DNA of 64,000 nt, from the NCBI RefSeq assembly GCF_009914755.1, contig NC_060930.1, one strand, 5' to 3'. Shown piece by piece: positions 22,494 through 44,708 of the stretch (position 1 is the first letter of the stretch; the number at the start of each line of letters is the position of its first letter). Source of the stretch: the human T2T-CHM13v2.0 reference genome, Homo sapiens. The notes under the pieces were generated by a model, which saw only the letters and a list, made by a program, of their open reading frames with translations, ran no database searches and was not told where the DNA came from. Position numbers and translations under genes: made by a program.

Positions 22494-22793
22494 AGCTGAT
22501 CCGGATCAGCTACTTCAAAATGGAGCAGGGGTGGGGGCTCCAGCAGCAGGAAGAGCAGTTTCAGAACTAAGGGCGTCAAATAAGGAACAGATGTGGGTTG
22601 TTACAGATTGGGAACGGATGTGGGTTACAGATTGGGAACGGATATGGGTTACAGATTGGGAATGGATGTGGGTTACAGATTGGGAACGGCTGGAAGGTTG
22701 TTTACTGTAATTACGGGCAAGGAGGCAAGGTAGTTAGGCTTTGAAAATAAAGGACAAGAGGAACCTTTGAGGAGGAACTCACTGTTTCCAACA
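22494..22793 (-). mobile_element. Partial ERV1 LTR (LTR10-like) with an internal 24-bp tandem repeat
   Basis: Minus strand starts TGTTGGAAACAGTGAGTTCCTC; unit GGAACGGATGTGGGTTACAGATTG x ~4 at 22584-22689. Family name is tentative. Confidence 0.55.
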
Positions 22794-24019
22794 ACTTTTA
22801 GAATCTTGCTAGGATACAAATGCAAATTATTTTTGTCTCATAGAAAAGATAATTTCTGAAGTTAAGTTTTAGTTCTCTGAAGGTGCATTAACCAGTTTTG
22901 TATCTAGCAATCTCATTCCTCATCTTTCTTCAGCAAATAAACAATGTTTCAGGTTATCTTTGAACTAGCTTTATCACCTGATTTTTTCCACATCAGTATT
23001 AAGTCTTTGACATGCACTTACATTGCATCCTCATACATTGGTATGAGGATTGTGTTTTACAACTTCTTGAAAATTATACTTTGATAAATAAGGGAACCAT
23101 GACATCTGGAAATCATTGCAGCAGGTAGCTTTGTGTGCACCCCTCCAGCCCCTAGGAGAAGCAGATGGCACCTGTCAAGAGTAAGGGTCCCACACTGGGG
23201 CAGAGGGAGGAGTACAGAGGAGCCTTCCCTTAGCAAGATGAATCACTTTTGAGAGAATTCACCTAGGTTACTGTAAGCAGCCCCACTGTCTAGGGACAGA
23301 GACATTTCTTGTTGACATTTAAAAGAAAAACCTATACATCCTTGATATGGAGGCCTCGGGTGGGACAAACACCAGGAGCGTTTCTGCCCCGGGTTTGCAG
23401 GGGTGGGAGGGATGGTGCTCTAGGACAAGCTGAGCCCAAGCACTGGGTCACAGCACGGCTGAGCTGAGCAGTGAAAAGGGAGGGCCATCTCTGTGGCAAT
23501 TTTGAAACAAGGTCACAAATTATTGGACCCTCTTTTCATGGAGAGATGGGGCCTGTGTTCCATCCTTCTGAATCTGGGAGGGCTGTGACTGCTATAGCCA
23601 ACAGCGTACGTCAGAAGGGACCCTGGGTGGCTCCCATAAAGGTCCCATCATAAAAGTCCCACCCTGAGCGCAGGAACACTCCCCCTCAGAGCCCTGAGGT
23701 GACCGCTCTGAGGTGTCGGGTATAAAGAAGCCTGGCCACACAGACAGGCTGCGTGCAGGTGCACGGGGACGGTCGCAGCTCGCCTCACCCCTGGGTGGCC
23801 CCGGGCAGGCATGGGAGTGAGGAAGCCCGGGGCCTGCTCTGGCCGCCCCAGTGACCTCAACACTCAGCTCTTTCCAGCCGAGGCCACAAGCATCACGGAG
23901 CAGGGGCCTGCCCACTCTGCCTCCTGAGAATTCTTGACCAGCAGAATTCACGAATGTACAAAGCTTCGGGGGTTATGTTTTAAATAACTTCATACTGAAT
24001 CAAGTTGACCCTCAAGATC

Positions 24020-24236
24020 AAGATTCAATCTCAGCATAACTGACACGTTGGGCTGTAATTCTCTGGTGCACGGTGGGTGGGCGCGCTGCCTCGGGTGCTG
24101 TAGGATGTTTAGCAGTATTGCCGGCTTCTACCCACCAGATGCTAGGAGCACTCCCTACCCAAGTTGTGACAACACAAAATGCCTCTAGACATTGCAATGT
24201 CCCCTGAGGACCAGAAGCTTCCAATCGGGAACCACT
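24020..24236 (-). mobile_element. MER20-like hAT DNA transposon
   Basis: GGATGTTTAGCAG...CCAGATGC...TTGTGACAAC...AGACATTGC...GAACCACT pattern. Confidence 0.65.
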
Positions 24237-24699
24237 AGTCCAGATCCCTGGCCTCAAATGCTCCCGGACACCTGCCACACACCCACTTTAGGAAGCCAAC
24301 TGTGGCTGGCATTGCACCGTGGTGTTACAGGTGCCTGGGTCCTTGTAATCTCCCAGGATAGAAATCAAGAGAGATCACCAGACATAGTAGCAAAGAGAGT
24401 TTATTTTAGCTTGTGCACAAGGAAGTCAGCACCAAGAAGGAAAAACGACTAGGCTGCTCCCCAAGGGTAGTGTGTGGGTTGGTTTTATAGGACCTTTCTC
24501 TGTGAAGGGTTACGTCAGGGCATGTTTAGGAGGGTTTTCCTAGTGCTTGAGTACTTACTGGCTTAACATTTTTTAAAAAACACATTGTGTGCAGTAGTAG
24601 CATTTTAAATCTCAAACTCCTGACCCCAGGTGATGCACCCAGCTCAGCCTCCCAAAGTGCTGGGATTACAGGCATGAGCCACTGTGCCCTTCCTACATT

Positions 24700-26703
24700 T
24701 CTGTTTTTATTCTACCAATAATTTTAAAGTCAGCTTGTTTAGCAAAGTTATACTTAAGTCAGGTGAACTTGAAAATTGCTTAAACTTATTTACTTTATTT
24801 ATGAGTGCTCTTTTACTTGTAAGCCAATTTGGTAGACACAATGTATAACAATAGGTGTACATACAAATAAACACATCTAGACATGTAGACCCACACATAA
24901 ACGAAGAACCAACAGCTTGGAACCTTAGCTGTGAGATAGCAATACAAGCTTGTTGGCATTTACTTTGTCTCAATAGATAATCCAACAAAGGCTGTGAACC
25001 AAAATTTCAGGTAAAGCAGTCTCCATGGAGCTTGATTTTTCAAGACCAAACCTCTCCAGATTCCAAAGAACACTGGGGCCAAACAGCACCCAAGGAGCAT
25101 GTCACATGTTAACCAGGCCCCCTGCTTAGAACAGCAGCAACAAAGGCTGGATACATGCAATGCCATCCCACTTTCCCATTCAACAGGAAACTCCAGATTC
25201 CAAACTATACTGGGGCTAAACAGTATTGCAAACCGGAGAGAAAATTCTAAGGGGGGCTTAGTACTAGACCTCAAAACCTCTGCCGAGAGCACCCCCTTTG
25301 GAGAGGTTGAGATTCGGAGGATCCTCAGGGCGTCCCCCTATGGGGTCCAAAAGAGTGTCAGACGTCTCTGACCTTTCTCTGCATGTTTTCCCTCCAGAGC
25401 CTCCTATGAGCTATGAGTTTGATAAGGATAGCCCTGAACTGTAATGATACATAGGAACTGGATGCTGGGTGGGCTTTTTTGTCCTTAGATAGTTGAATAG
25501 GACAAGCAAAAAACTTAGCATAAGAAAAGGTTTAAGTCACCTGAAACAAGTGTGAGTTACCACCACCACCGTAGGGATCAGGGACCACACCTGGAAAAGA
25601 TAAAAAAAAAAAAGAGTCATTCCCCCTTCTGGGTAGGGCAATTATTCCCATTCACTCTTTGGCCTTCAGGCGATACCAGGGAGTGACCCCAGCGAATTGC
25701 CCTCAATTTCCAAGAAGCTACTAGGAAACAGCCGCTAAAAGACTGAAAAACAAACAAAGGAAAAGAAAAAAGAAAAACACTCAGGTCCCTTAAGTGAATA
25801 GGGTGGTGGTGGTTAGGCACCTCCACATGGAAACCCCTTATTTCACTGGTCACAGCCAGAAACCTGCAGTTGCTTCCATGTTTCTGCGCTTCCCACCAAG
25901 GGTCCTGAGGTGGAAAGGAACAGACAGAGAGAGAAAAATCTCCCTGTATGTAAAAGGGGAAAGGAGAAAAATAAATCCCAAACTTTGGGCCTACCTTCTC
26001 CTGGCTGGCTCGCCAAAATATGTTACCAGTGGAGGGTGTCCAGTTTCTTGGTGTCTTGAACAAAGAATTAGACAAAAGGCACAAACAAAATAAGGAAGGA
26101 ATGAAGGGATTTATTGAAAATCAAAGTACACAGCTGGGCGCAGTGGCTCAAGCCTGTAATCCCAGCACTTTGGGAGGCCGAGGTGGGTGGATCACCCTGA
26201 TGTCAGGAGTTCAAGACCAGACTGGCCAAGATGGTGAAACCCCGTGTCTACTAAAAATACAAAAATTAGCTGGGTGAGATGGCGGGCGCCTGTAATCCCA
26301 ACTATTCGGGAGGCTGAGGCAGAGAATTGCTTGAACCTGGGAGGCAGAGGTTGCAGTGAGCCGAGATCAGACCACTGTACTCCAGCCTGGGTGACAGGGC
26401 AAGACTCTGTCTCAAAAAAAAGAAAAAAAAGAAAAGAAAATGAAAGTACACTCCACAGTGTGGGAGCAGGGCTGAACAGAGGGGCTCTAAGGCCCCGTTA
26501 CAGAATTTCTGGGAGTTTAGATACCCTCTAGAGGTTATATTCCATTGGTTACTTTGGGTGCACCCTGTGTAAATGAAGAGGATGAAGTAAAGATACACAG
26601 TCTTTTACTCGGTGTGCACCCTGTGGAGAGGATATTTCCTGTAATAGCTGAAGTGTGAATCGGCCTTATGTTCCCTGCTTCCAGACCCTATTTTTCTGCT
26701 TCA
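24700..26703 (-). mobile_element. ERV1 provirus remnant, MER61-like: 5' LTR 26021-26703 (Alu inserted ~26132-26440), PBS, and non-coding internal sequence
   Basis: LTR starts TGAAGCAGAAAAATAGGGTCTGG on the minus strand and ends TAACA; followed by PBS TGGCGAGCCAGCCAGGAG (25998-26015). Confidence 0.75.
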
Positions 26704-27364
<661 letters not shown>

Positions 27365-27541
27365 GGTGATCATTTGGATCTAGCTGCAAAGAGAAGTTTG
27401 ACGTTTGCATTCATTGAGCCCTTTTAGAAAAGATCAGGCAGCTAACTGTTGGCAAGGGTATAGAAACTTGTGTGCTGGAAATCAAAGGGCCTGAGTACCT
27501 GTCCATATTTCCTGCAACTTGAGGGATCTCTGTATAGAAAT

Positions 27542-28678
<1,137 letters not shown>

Positions 28679-28682
28679 TTAT

Positions 28683-35472
<6,790 letters not shown>

Positions 35473-35599
35473 TAGGAACTAATATATCTGTGTGTGTGTG
35501 CGCATGCACGTGTACCCATGTGTACAGGGTCTTCCTTGCCTGTTTCCTATATATGTATATCTGTCATTTCCTTTTAAATCTTTTTCATCTTGTACTAAT

Positions 35600-36080
35600 T
35601 TTCTACCACTGTGTAGCATATCACCATAAATTTAGTGTCTTAACACATTTATTATCTTACAATTTTGCCTTCAGAAGCCCACCATGGGTCTCACTGAGCT
35701 AAAACCAGGGTGTCAGTAGGTCTGGATTTCATTCTGGAGGCTTTAGGGCAAATCTGTTTTCTTCCCTTTTCCAGCTTCTAGAGGTAGTACACATCCCTTG
35801 GCTCATGACCACTTTCCTCCATCCACAAAGCCAGCAATGTACCATTTCTCAGACCGTTTCTTCCATAGCTGCATTTCCTTCATACCACTGCAGTCGACTC
35901 TCCACTGTTAAGGACCCATGCGATTAGGCTGGACTCAGCCAGATGATCCAGGATCAGGCTTCTCTCTTGAGATCCATAAGGTAGTCACATTTGCTGTCAC
36001 TTTGCCATGTCAGGTGACACAGGCACAGGTTCTGGAGATTAGGATGGGGACATCTTTGGGTGACCGTTATCCTGTACCAC
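35600..36080 (-). mobile_element. MaLR LTR (MLT1-type)
   Basis: TTCATTCTGGAGGCT, CCAGCTTCTAGAGG, GGTTCTGGAGATTAGGATG motifs. Confidence 0.6.
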
Positions 36081-37397
36081 ACGTCTCTTTTATAGCCTCA
36101 TATTTTTTCATCTTTTCTTTTAATGCATTATCAGTTCTGTTTATTTGCTCGTGTTTCTTTCTCTCTTCATTTCTGAAATGTTTTTAAAATTTTTACTTCT
36201 TTTCTGAGTTTGTCATCTCCTTTCTGTATATTTCTAAATCTGACACGTCATTTTTTCATATCTAATGTCATTTTAGATGTTTATTAACTTATTTTAAAAT
36301 ATTTTAGTTTTCATCTGTTTTGAAGGCATGGCTTTCTGTCATAATTTATTTTCTAAAGAAATTATGTTTTATTCTCTTTTTTTCTTCATAATGACTTTGT
36401 ATGGGATTTGACCTTAGTTTTTTTGGTACTCATTTTCAAGTAATGCTAGTTTTCCTGACTTTTAGAAGGGAAGACTTAATTAGGGTAGTTTTTCTAATTT
36501 CATGGCTCTCCTTTCTCTTTATTGATTCATCTCAAATTCAATAACAATTCAATAAGTTGGCCCTTGATAAGCTGATTCAGTATCTTATCTGGATGAGAAA
36601 AGGCCTAAGAATAGCCAAAGAATTCCTGAAAGAGAAGAATAAATGAAAGATTGCCCTATCAGATGTCAAAACATATTATACAGTTTTAATAATTTAACAC
36701 TGTTATTAGTGTAGTTATGGAAACACATACAAATGAAACAGAATGGAGAACCCAGGAAAAAAACTGACATATATCAAGCTGATTTATGTTAGTGTCAGCA
36801 TTGTAGCTATCTGGGTAAAGAAGCAACTCCTCAATATAAGAGATGCTGAAATAATTGGTTATATATGTGTGAAAAAATGAAATTTGATATCTCCCTCACT
36901 CCATACACTAAATTCCAGGGAGATTAAGGATTCAAATATAAAAAGCAACACTTTTAAACTTTCAGCAGAATGTACAGAATAATATTTATAGACAGTAAGT
37001 TTGGTTTCTGAATACCATTCTCCACTAAAAGGAAATAGAGATCCGTGGAAAAATGGCTGGCTCCAGAGCTGGGAGAGGGAAGACCACTGACTCTGTAAAA
37101 GGACACAGGAGTCAAAAGGACACCAGCCAGGGCTGGGACAATCTGAGCAGCAAAATAAACAATAAAAATAATGGATTATAACTAACTGAGTAAAATAGGA
37201 GTCTATACACCAAACTGATATAAATAAATAAATAAAACAAGAAGGAAAAGCTCTTGTTTAGAGTAGATGCCTACTAATAAATGTAGATGTTATGATGAAG
37301 TAAAACAAAATGATGAAACCTCACCATTTTGCAGCCATCTTATTAGTAACTGATTGAAGAAAACAGTTGTCTTTTTTTTTTTTTTTTTTTGAGATAG

Positions 37398-37550
<153 letters not shown>

Positions 37551-37552
37551 TA

Positions 37553-37684
<132 letters not shown>

Positions 37685-38829
37685 TCAATGGATGCTATAT
37701 TAGTTATCTACTGCCATGCCACAAATTACTCCAAAACTTAGTGGCTATTTTTTATTTTTGGACAGTTTTTGTGGGACAGGAATTTGGGAATGGCTTTTCT
37801 GGGTGATTCTGGCTTGGGCCTACTCATGAGATTGCAGTCCAGATGCTAGCTGAGGCTGCAGTAATCTGAGGGCTTGATCAGGGCTATGGGAGTATCTCCG
37901 TGGTGGCTCACTTACATGGTCATTGGCAGAAGGCCTCATTTCTTCACCATGTGCACCTCTCCAAATGGCAACTTGAGTATCCTCACGACATGACCTCTGG
38001 CTTCTCCAGAGCAAGCGCTCCAAGACAACAAGGAGGAAGACACAGTGTCTTTCTTTACAACTTAGCCTCAAAAGTCAGACTGCATCACATCCTCAACTAC
38101 CTATTGGTTACGTAAGCCATTCCTATGCAGTGTGGGAGAGGACCACACAGACATGTACTTATTAGGAGATGGGATCACTGGGGCCATTTTGGAGGGTGGC
38201 TACCAGATGCTAAAGTTGGTGGAGAAAAGTTTGATGAGGGAGAGGATATTCGCGTAGTCTCAAAGTGTCTCATATTAATTACAAAAAGGAAATAACAGTT
38301 TTACAATGAAAAAACCTCACACATGCCACTTAACCAAGTGGCCAAAATTGGTATCACCAATAATAGGACAAACCGACATCACGGGCTTCTTATCCAATGA
38401 ACCAAGTAAACATCATGTATGTGGTATTCCTGCCAAAAACGCATAATGTAAATCTAATCCAGAGAAGACACTGGGTAAACCCTAATTGAAAGGCATTCTA
38501 CAAAACACCTGACCTGTACTCTTTCAAGAACAGCAATGCCCCAGTAGACAAAAACAGGCTGGAACCACTCCAGGTTAAATGATACTAAAGAGAGGTGACA
38601 AATGATGATACAGACCGAATCATGAACTTGGAAAAAAACATGACTATTAAGGACATTATTAGAGCAGTTGGTAACTTTTGCATATGAACCATGGATTCGT
38701 TAACAGTAGCTTTGTGCTCACCAGTTCACTGATTCCCTGAGAGTTGATTGTTAAACAGCAAAGCATGTTTTGAGCTGGTTGTTAAGCTGTTGATAACCTG
38801 AAATCAGCCATGATGAGCCACTTACCATG

Positions 38830-39590
38830 GTATTTTGGGAAAACTCTCTCAAACTGTGTTTTTCCTCTGCTCTCACACCACAACAGCAATCATCAACACA
38901 GAAGACTCCTGTGACCATATGTGTGGGAACTTCTCCCCACCACCAAGAGGCAGACACAAGCCAGGACCTCCACCCAGTTCCTTCACTATCTATCTGGAGG
39001 TAGCATCAGATCCCACAGATTGAGGGCTCAGACCCCAAGACCACCCTCACCCCCAGATATCAGTTGCAAATCTGGGCCTTGGGAAATTCTGATTGAGCTT
39101 CAAGTTGGGGTTCCCATGACCCCCTCTTTGGGTTTGATTGATTTGCTGGAGTGGCTCACAGAACTCAGGGAAACACATTTGCTGTTTTATAATAAAGGAT
39201 ATTACAAAGGATACAGATGAAGAGATGAGGTGCGGAGGAAGGGGCTCAGAGCTTCCATGCCTGGGGCGCCACCCTCCAGGAACCAGGAACCTCCATGTTT
39301 TCAGCTATCCGGAAGCTCTCTGAACTCAGTCCTCTTGAGTTTTCATGGAAGCTTCATGACGTCAGCATTCCTTCCCCCAGTGTGTATGGCAGGACCCTCT
39401 CTGAAAAGTCTTAAGACCCACAGTTGGAAAGGTGGGAGAAGATGGAATCCTGCCTTGGGGCAGGTGAAAGGAGGGCAGGAGAGAGATTCTGTTTCTTGAG
39501 GCCTGCCCTTGCGGCCTAACACACCCCACATTTTAATAAAAGACTGTAACAAGGACAATGGTAGTTATGAACCAAAGTAAACCATCACAC
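38830..39590. mobile_element. MER21-like LTR
   Basis: AACACAGAAGACT.CTGTGACC, CACAGAACTCAGGGAAACA, GGATACAGATGAAGAGATG. Confidence 0.65.
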
Positions 39591-41279
39591 ATGGGAACTG
39601 GCAAATGTTACAAATCAGGTCCTCTCTCTCTCTCTCCCTGTCTGGACAGTGCACCAGCTTGCCACTTGGTAACAGTATTATAACAATGCTGTCTCCTGAT
39701 TTAGATAAGTGTACTGTGTGGAGTAATGGTCTTATTCTTAGGAAGACGTGGTAAAGTGTTTAAGGGTAAGGGGATCAGATGTCTACAACTTAATCCCAAA
39801 TAGTTCAAGATAGATAGGTCAATAGACTGAAAGAGAAATTGATCAATAGATAAAGTTAATATGGCAAAATTGTGACAACTGGTGTATCTGAATAAATAGG
39901 TCTTTGTAGTATTCTTGCCATTTTTCCTTTAAGTTTGAAGTTTTTTCAAAATAAAACGTTTTTTAAAAAACCCTCCAACAGCTAACGTTACCTGGGTTAT
40001 TAAGTCTAATAAACATGACTGACTTGCCCAAAGTCATATAGAACATTAATGTTTGGTCCAAAGCTGTCATGACACCTTGAAGTAGCCTTTTCTGAAAATG
40101 TTTAAATTTCTTTAAAATTTCTTGTGATCAAATTAATGTGTGAATATTTTTTATATCTAAAAAATAATGTTACGCGTAAACTTTGAAATTAAAAACTAAC
40201 TTGGTATTTTGTTTGGGCCTGATAATTCCTGGCCGTAGGGGCTGTTCTGCACAGTGTAGGGTGTGTAGCAGTATCTCTGGGCTCTGCCAACTAGATGCCT
40301 GTAGCAGAGTGTCCCTCCCCCTACCCACAATCAAAATGTCTCCAGACCTTGTCAGATGTCCCCGGGGGAGGGCAAAATCGCCCCAATAAAGAACCACATT
40401 TCTAGAGTCAGTGTGATATAACAAAGTCAAAAGGGAAAAGAAGGCTGGTCACAGTGGCTAAGGTGACAAGGTCGCTTGAGCCCAGGAGTTCAAGGCTGCA
40501 GTGAGCCATGTTTGCACTACTGTGCTCCAGCCTGGGTGACAGAGTAAGACTCCTTCTCAAAAAAAAAAAAAAAAAAAAAAAAAAGGAAAAAAGAGATAAA
40601 GAGGCTGGCAATATGTGCAATATACATACATATGAAAAAAAATTTAAAGAGACCAAGGGTTTTTCCAATGGGTATATCCCAAACTTTGTCTTGTGTGTGT
40701 GTTTAATCCTTTTGTGCTCTTAGAGTTATTATTAAATCAGTCAAATATTCTATTTGACACACATTTTAGAGAATGAGTTTATAACCATTTTTGGAATTTA
40801 AATAGTACTGCCATCTAATGGTGTTAATCAATTAATTCCAGCCCTGATACACTGGCCAGATTCTGAGGCTGAATGTCAGATACTGAAGTAATGGGAGTTA
40901 AAACAGTGAGTCAAAACAGCGAGTTAACCACAAATCAAAGTAGTTCTTCAAGAAGGAGCAGTACAGAGCTTCCGACACACTGAGAATGTGCATTTCCAAG
41001 GTTTGAACGTACCATATATGGCTATGGTACCAGGCCTATGGCTTTTGAACCAATGAATTTTTTGTATACATGCACTTAGCAACACAATAATTACATTTAT
41101 AAAGGGGGCTAGGCATTGTAAAGCTAAATAAATAACAAAATCCTCAGAGAATTAGTAAAAGAAAAACACTTTCATATTGTTCTCAGCATTTATTTTTAAA
41201 ACACCTAATTTGAAGGTATCAATTAACATAGCCAATTAACTGATAATATTAGCTATCCGTTTTCCCTCTAAAGCAGCCT

Positions 41280-42040
41280 TGTTGTCTGGGATATCAGCTG
41301 AGGTTTTTTGTCTCATGGCCACAGAAATGAAGAATGCAGACACACAAAGGGTGAAGTTAGAGAAGTGTAATAGGCAAAAGGAAAAGGACAGCTCTCTCTC
41401 ACAGAGAGAGGTCCCAGACGGGTTGCCGTGCTGCAGTAAAATGGAGGGTTTTTATCAACAAGCTAGTAGGGAGCGGGTATCTTATCTACATAGGGCATGA
41501 AAACCTGGTTAGGACCAGGTGTGTCATCTGTATAGAGTGGAATCTCTGGCAGCCCCTACCCCATTCTTTTATCATGCAGGCAGGCTCTTAGCTTGGGCGA
41601 CTCCACACTGCCTTTCTCCTTCCACCTTGCATGTGCTAACAAGAATAGGGGGAGTTTCCATGCCTTGTCCTGGGTACCTCCTTGCAGCTGCAGGCATTTC
41701 CCCCACCCCACCATGCAAGCTTCTAGCTAACCTTAGTGTGTCCCTGTCCAAAAAAGGGGAAAGGAATGTGCTCATTAAAGCCTACTGTTTTTACTGGGAC
41801 CCATTTATGTAAGTTTGGTGACTACCCAAGAAACTCTCCCTCTGTGCCGGAGATGCTTATCTACATTATACAGTCCAATCTTCCAGGCTGCTCTTTGTTA
41901 AAAGAGAAGTGATTTATTTGGACTGCCTGTGGTTAGAATGGAAGTAATTTCTGAGCTGTTTTTTGTCAGAAGAAAAGCTTTTGTCAGGGACTCTTTCACC
42001 CTATCTACCTACCTAAATTATTTCTATCTCCTGTATTGCC
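41280..42040 (-). mobile_element. ERV1 LTR (MER4-group, family unresolved)
   Basis: LTR-like 3' end and composition; not precisely assigned. Confidence 0.45.
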
Positions 42041-42099
42041 TCTACCCATCTTAGTTCTCTGGCTGAGGTCCTGTAAATTAGACTGGCCAAAGACAGGTT

Positions 42100-42433
42100 T
42101 GTAGCCACAGACAAAACCCCTCAGACACCGAGTTGTAGAAGGAAGGGCTTTATTCAGCTGGGAGCATCAGCAGACTCACGTCTCCAAAAACCGAGCTCCC
42201 CAAGTGAGCAATTCCTTTCCCTCTTAAGGGCTTACAACTCTAAGGGGGTCCACATGAGAGTGTCATGATCGATTGAGCAAGCAGTGGGTATGTGATTGGG
42301 GGCTGCATGCACTGGTAATTACAATGGAACAGAACAGGACAGGGATTTTCACCGTGTTTTTCTTTTTCTATAAAATGTCTGTAATCTATAGGTAACATAA
42401 CCGATTAGGTCAGGGGTCGATCATTAACTACCA
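42100..42433 (-). mobile_element. Partial LTR2-family (HERV-E) LTR, 3' half
   Basis: CAGACAAAACC.CTCAGACACCGAG...GAAGGAAGGGCTTTATTCAGCTGGGAGCATC shared with the 11038-11515 element. Confidence 0.8.
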
Positions 42434-44204
42434 TGTCCTGCATTTAGGCAAAGAAAGGGAAGGCAGAGTTTTTCTTTTATTTGTTTCTTCTCAATCGTCT
42501 TCAGCTCAAAATAATCCTTATGCCAAAGAAGCATATGTTAGGGTGGCATATTCTGGTGTAACATCTTTGTCTCAGCAGGCAGTGAAAAATAATTTAAAAA
42601 GCCACCTTCTCTGCCCGTTGTCCTGCTGCACACTGCCCCTTGGTGGCCATCATTTTAACTGTCTTTGGTAAAGGTAGCTTTTCTTTTTTTTGCTTTGAGA
42701 CGGAGTTTCGCTCTTACGGCCCAGGCTGGAGTGCAATGGCACATCTCAGCTCACTGCATCCTCCACCTCCCCAGTTCAAGCGATTCTCCTGCCTCAGGTT
42801 CCTGAGTAGCTGCAATTACAGGCGCCTGCCACCACACCCAGCTAATTTTTGTATTCCTAGCAGACGGGGGTTTCACCATGTTGGCCAGGGTGGTCTTGAA
42901 CTCCTGACCTCAGATGATCCACCCGCCTAGGCCTCCCAAAGTGCTGGGATTACAGGTGTGAGCCACCATGCCCAGCCCAGAATGACCTTTGCTATCTCTT
43001 GCCTTCTGCATCTCTTCATTCAATCATTTTCTCTTAGTTTAATTCTAGTCAATTAAATTAAATTCTATAAATATTGAGAGAAAGCAAAATATCATGAAAA
43101 GAACATGAGCTGAAAACCAAATAGACTTGGGTGGTTCATCTCAGCTGCTAGCTGTGTGTCTGTGGGCATACTACCTAGCTTATTGGAACACTGTCTCATC
43201 TGTTAAATGGAGTTTAAAAATAACTCAACAGGCTCAGATCATGGAGAAAATGAAATTAGGTTGTATATTCAAAACAACTAATAGTAGTTAATATTTTTAT
43301 TATGTTATGATTGGGATTTTGAATACAATCTACTATCTAGCTATACATATTCACATCTACGGAGATTTTTATCCTAATTTACAAACAGAAAACTGAGGCA
43401 GAGAGACATTAGCTAACTTCCTGTGGTTAACATAACTAGTAAGTGGATTTGAACCCATGTAATGTGGCTGTAAAGTCCATGCTTTTAACCACTACACACC
43501 ACCTGGTAAATCCTTGTTGAAATAAGAAAGCAATTTCAGTAAGTTGTACTGTACCAAAAGAAATGTGGAATTCATCTCTTTTCCCAACATGCTACTATCT
43601 TTTGAACATTTAAAAAAACTAATAGGCCATTGAGAACCTTATTTATTCACCACTACCTAAACTATCCTGATCTTTATGGGAACAGAATAGATGACTTCAA
43701 TGAGAAGGCATTAATATTACTGAGTGCAGACTGAAAGACTATCTTGATGATTAACGACACATTTTCATTTTTTTTTTTTTTTTGAGATGGAGTCTCATTC
43801 TTATTGCCCAGGCTGCAGTGCGGTGGCGTGATCTTGGCTCACTGCAACCTCCGTCTCCCAGGTTTCAAGTGATTCTCCTGCCTCAGCCTCCTGAGTAGTT
43901 GGGATTATAGGCACGCACCACCACTCCCAGCTATTTTTTTGTATTTTTAGTAAAGATGGGGTTTCACCATGATGGTCAGGCTGGTCTGGAACTCCTGACG
44001 TCGTGATCCACCCACCTCAGCCTCCCAAAGTGCTGGGATTACAGGCATGAGCCACCATGCCCGGCCTTCAATTTTTAACATTTAAGAAAAAGTGACATTC
44101 CAAGAATATGCAAGTGGAAAGCCAGAAAGCATTTCCCCTATCCTATCCTGAGTTTATTCTCATAAGAATCTAGTTGTTTAAAAACTAAGTTACTGGAACA
44201 TATT

Positions 44205-44708
44205 TGTGATTAATTTTATGTGTCAACTTGACTGGGCCATAGAGTGCCCAGATACTTGCTGAAACATTGTCCTGGGTGTGTGTATGAGGGTGTTTTGGGA
44301 TGAGATTAACATTTAAATGGATAGCCTGAGTAAAGCAAATTGACCTCCCTAACATATGAGTGAGTCTCATCCAATCAGTTAGAGGCCTGAATAAAACAAA
44401 AAAACTGATCCTCCCTGAGTAAGAAAGAATCTCTCCTGCCTTCTGATCTTTTGACTGGGACATCAGCTTGTTTCTTGCCTTCAGACTCAGATTGAAACAC
44501 TGACTCTTCCTGGATTTCAAGCCTGCTAGCCTCTGGACAGGAACTATGCCATCAGTTCTCCTGGGTCTCCAGCTTGCTGGCTCATCCTGTAGACTTGCCA
44601 GCCTCAGTGATCTTGTGAGTCAGTTCCTTATATGAATCTCCTTATATATATACCCGTATACATACATATATCGTATTGGTTCTGTTTCTTTGGTAAACCC
44701 TAATACAA
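44205..44708 (+). mobile_element. MLT2 (ERVL) LTR
   Basis: TGTGAT.TAATTTTATGTGTCAACTTGACTGGGC start and ATTGGTTCTGTTTCT..GG.AAACCCTAATACA end. Confidence 0.78.

Noticed and set aside
22584-22689. Short regular repeats as a possible CRISPR-like array (also the 86-bp array)
   Set aside because: Contiguous tandem units with no unique spacers, no cas genes, eukaryotic context.
25998-26015. Possible tRNA gene
   Set aside because: Only the 3' 18 nt with encoded CCA, adjacent to an LTR: a primer-binding site.
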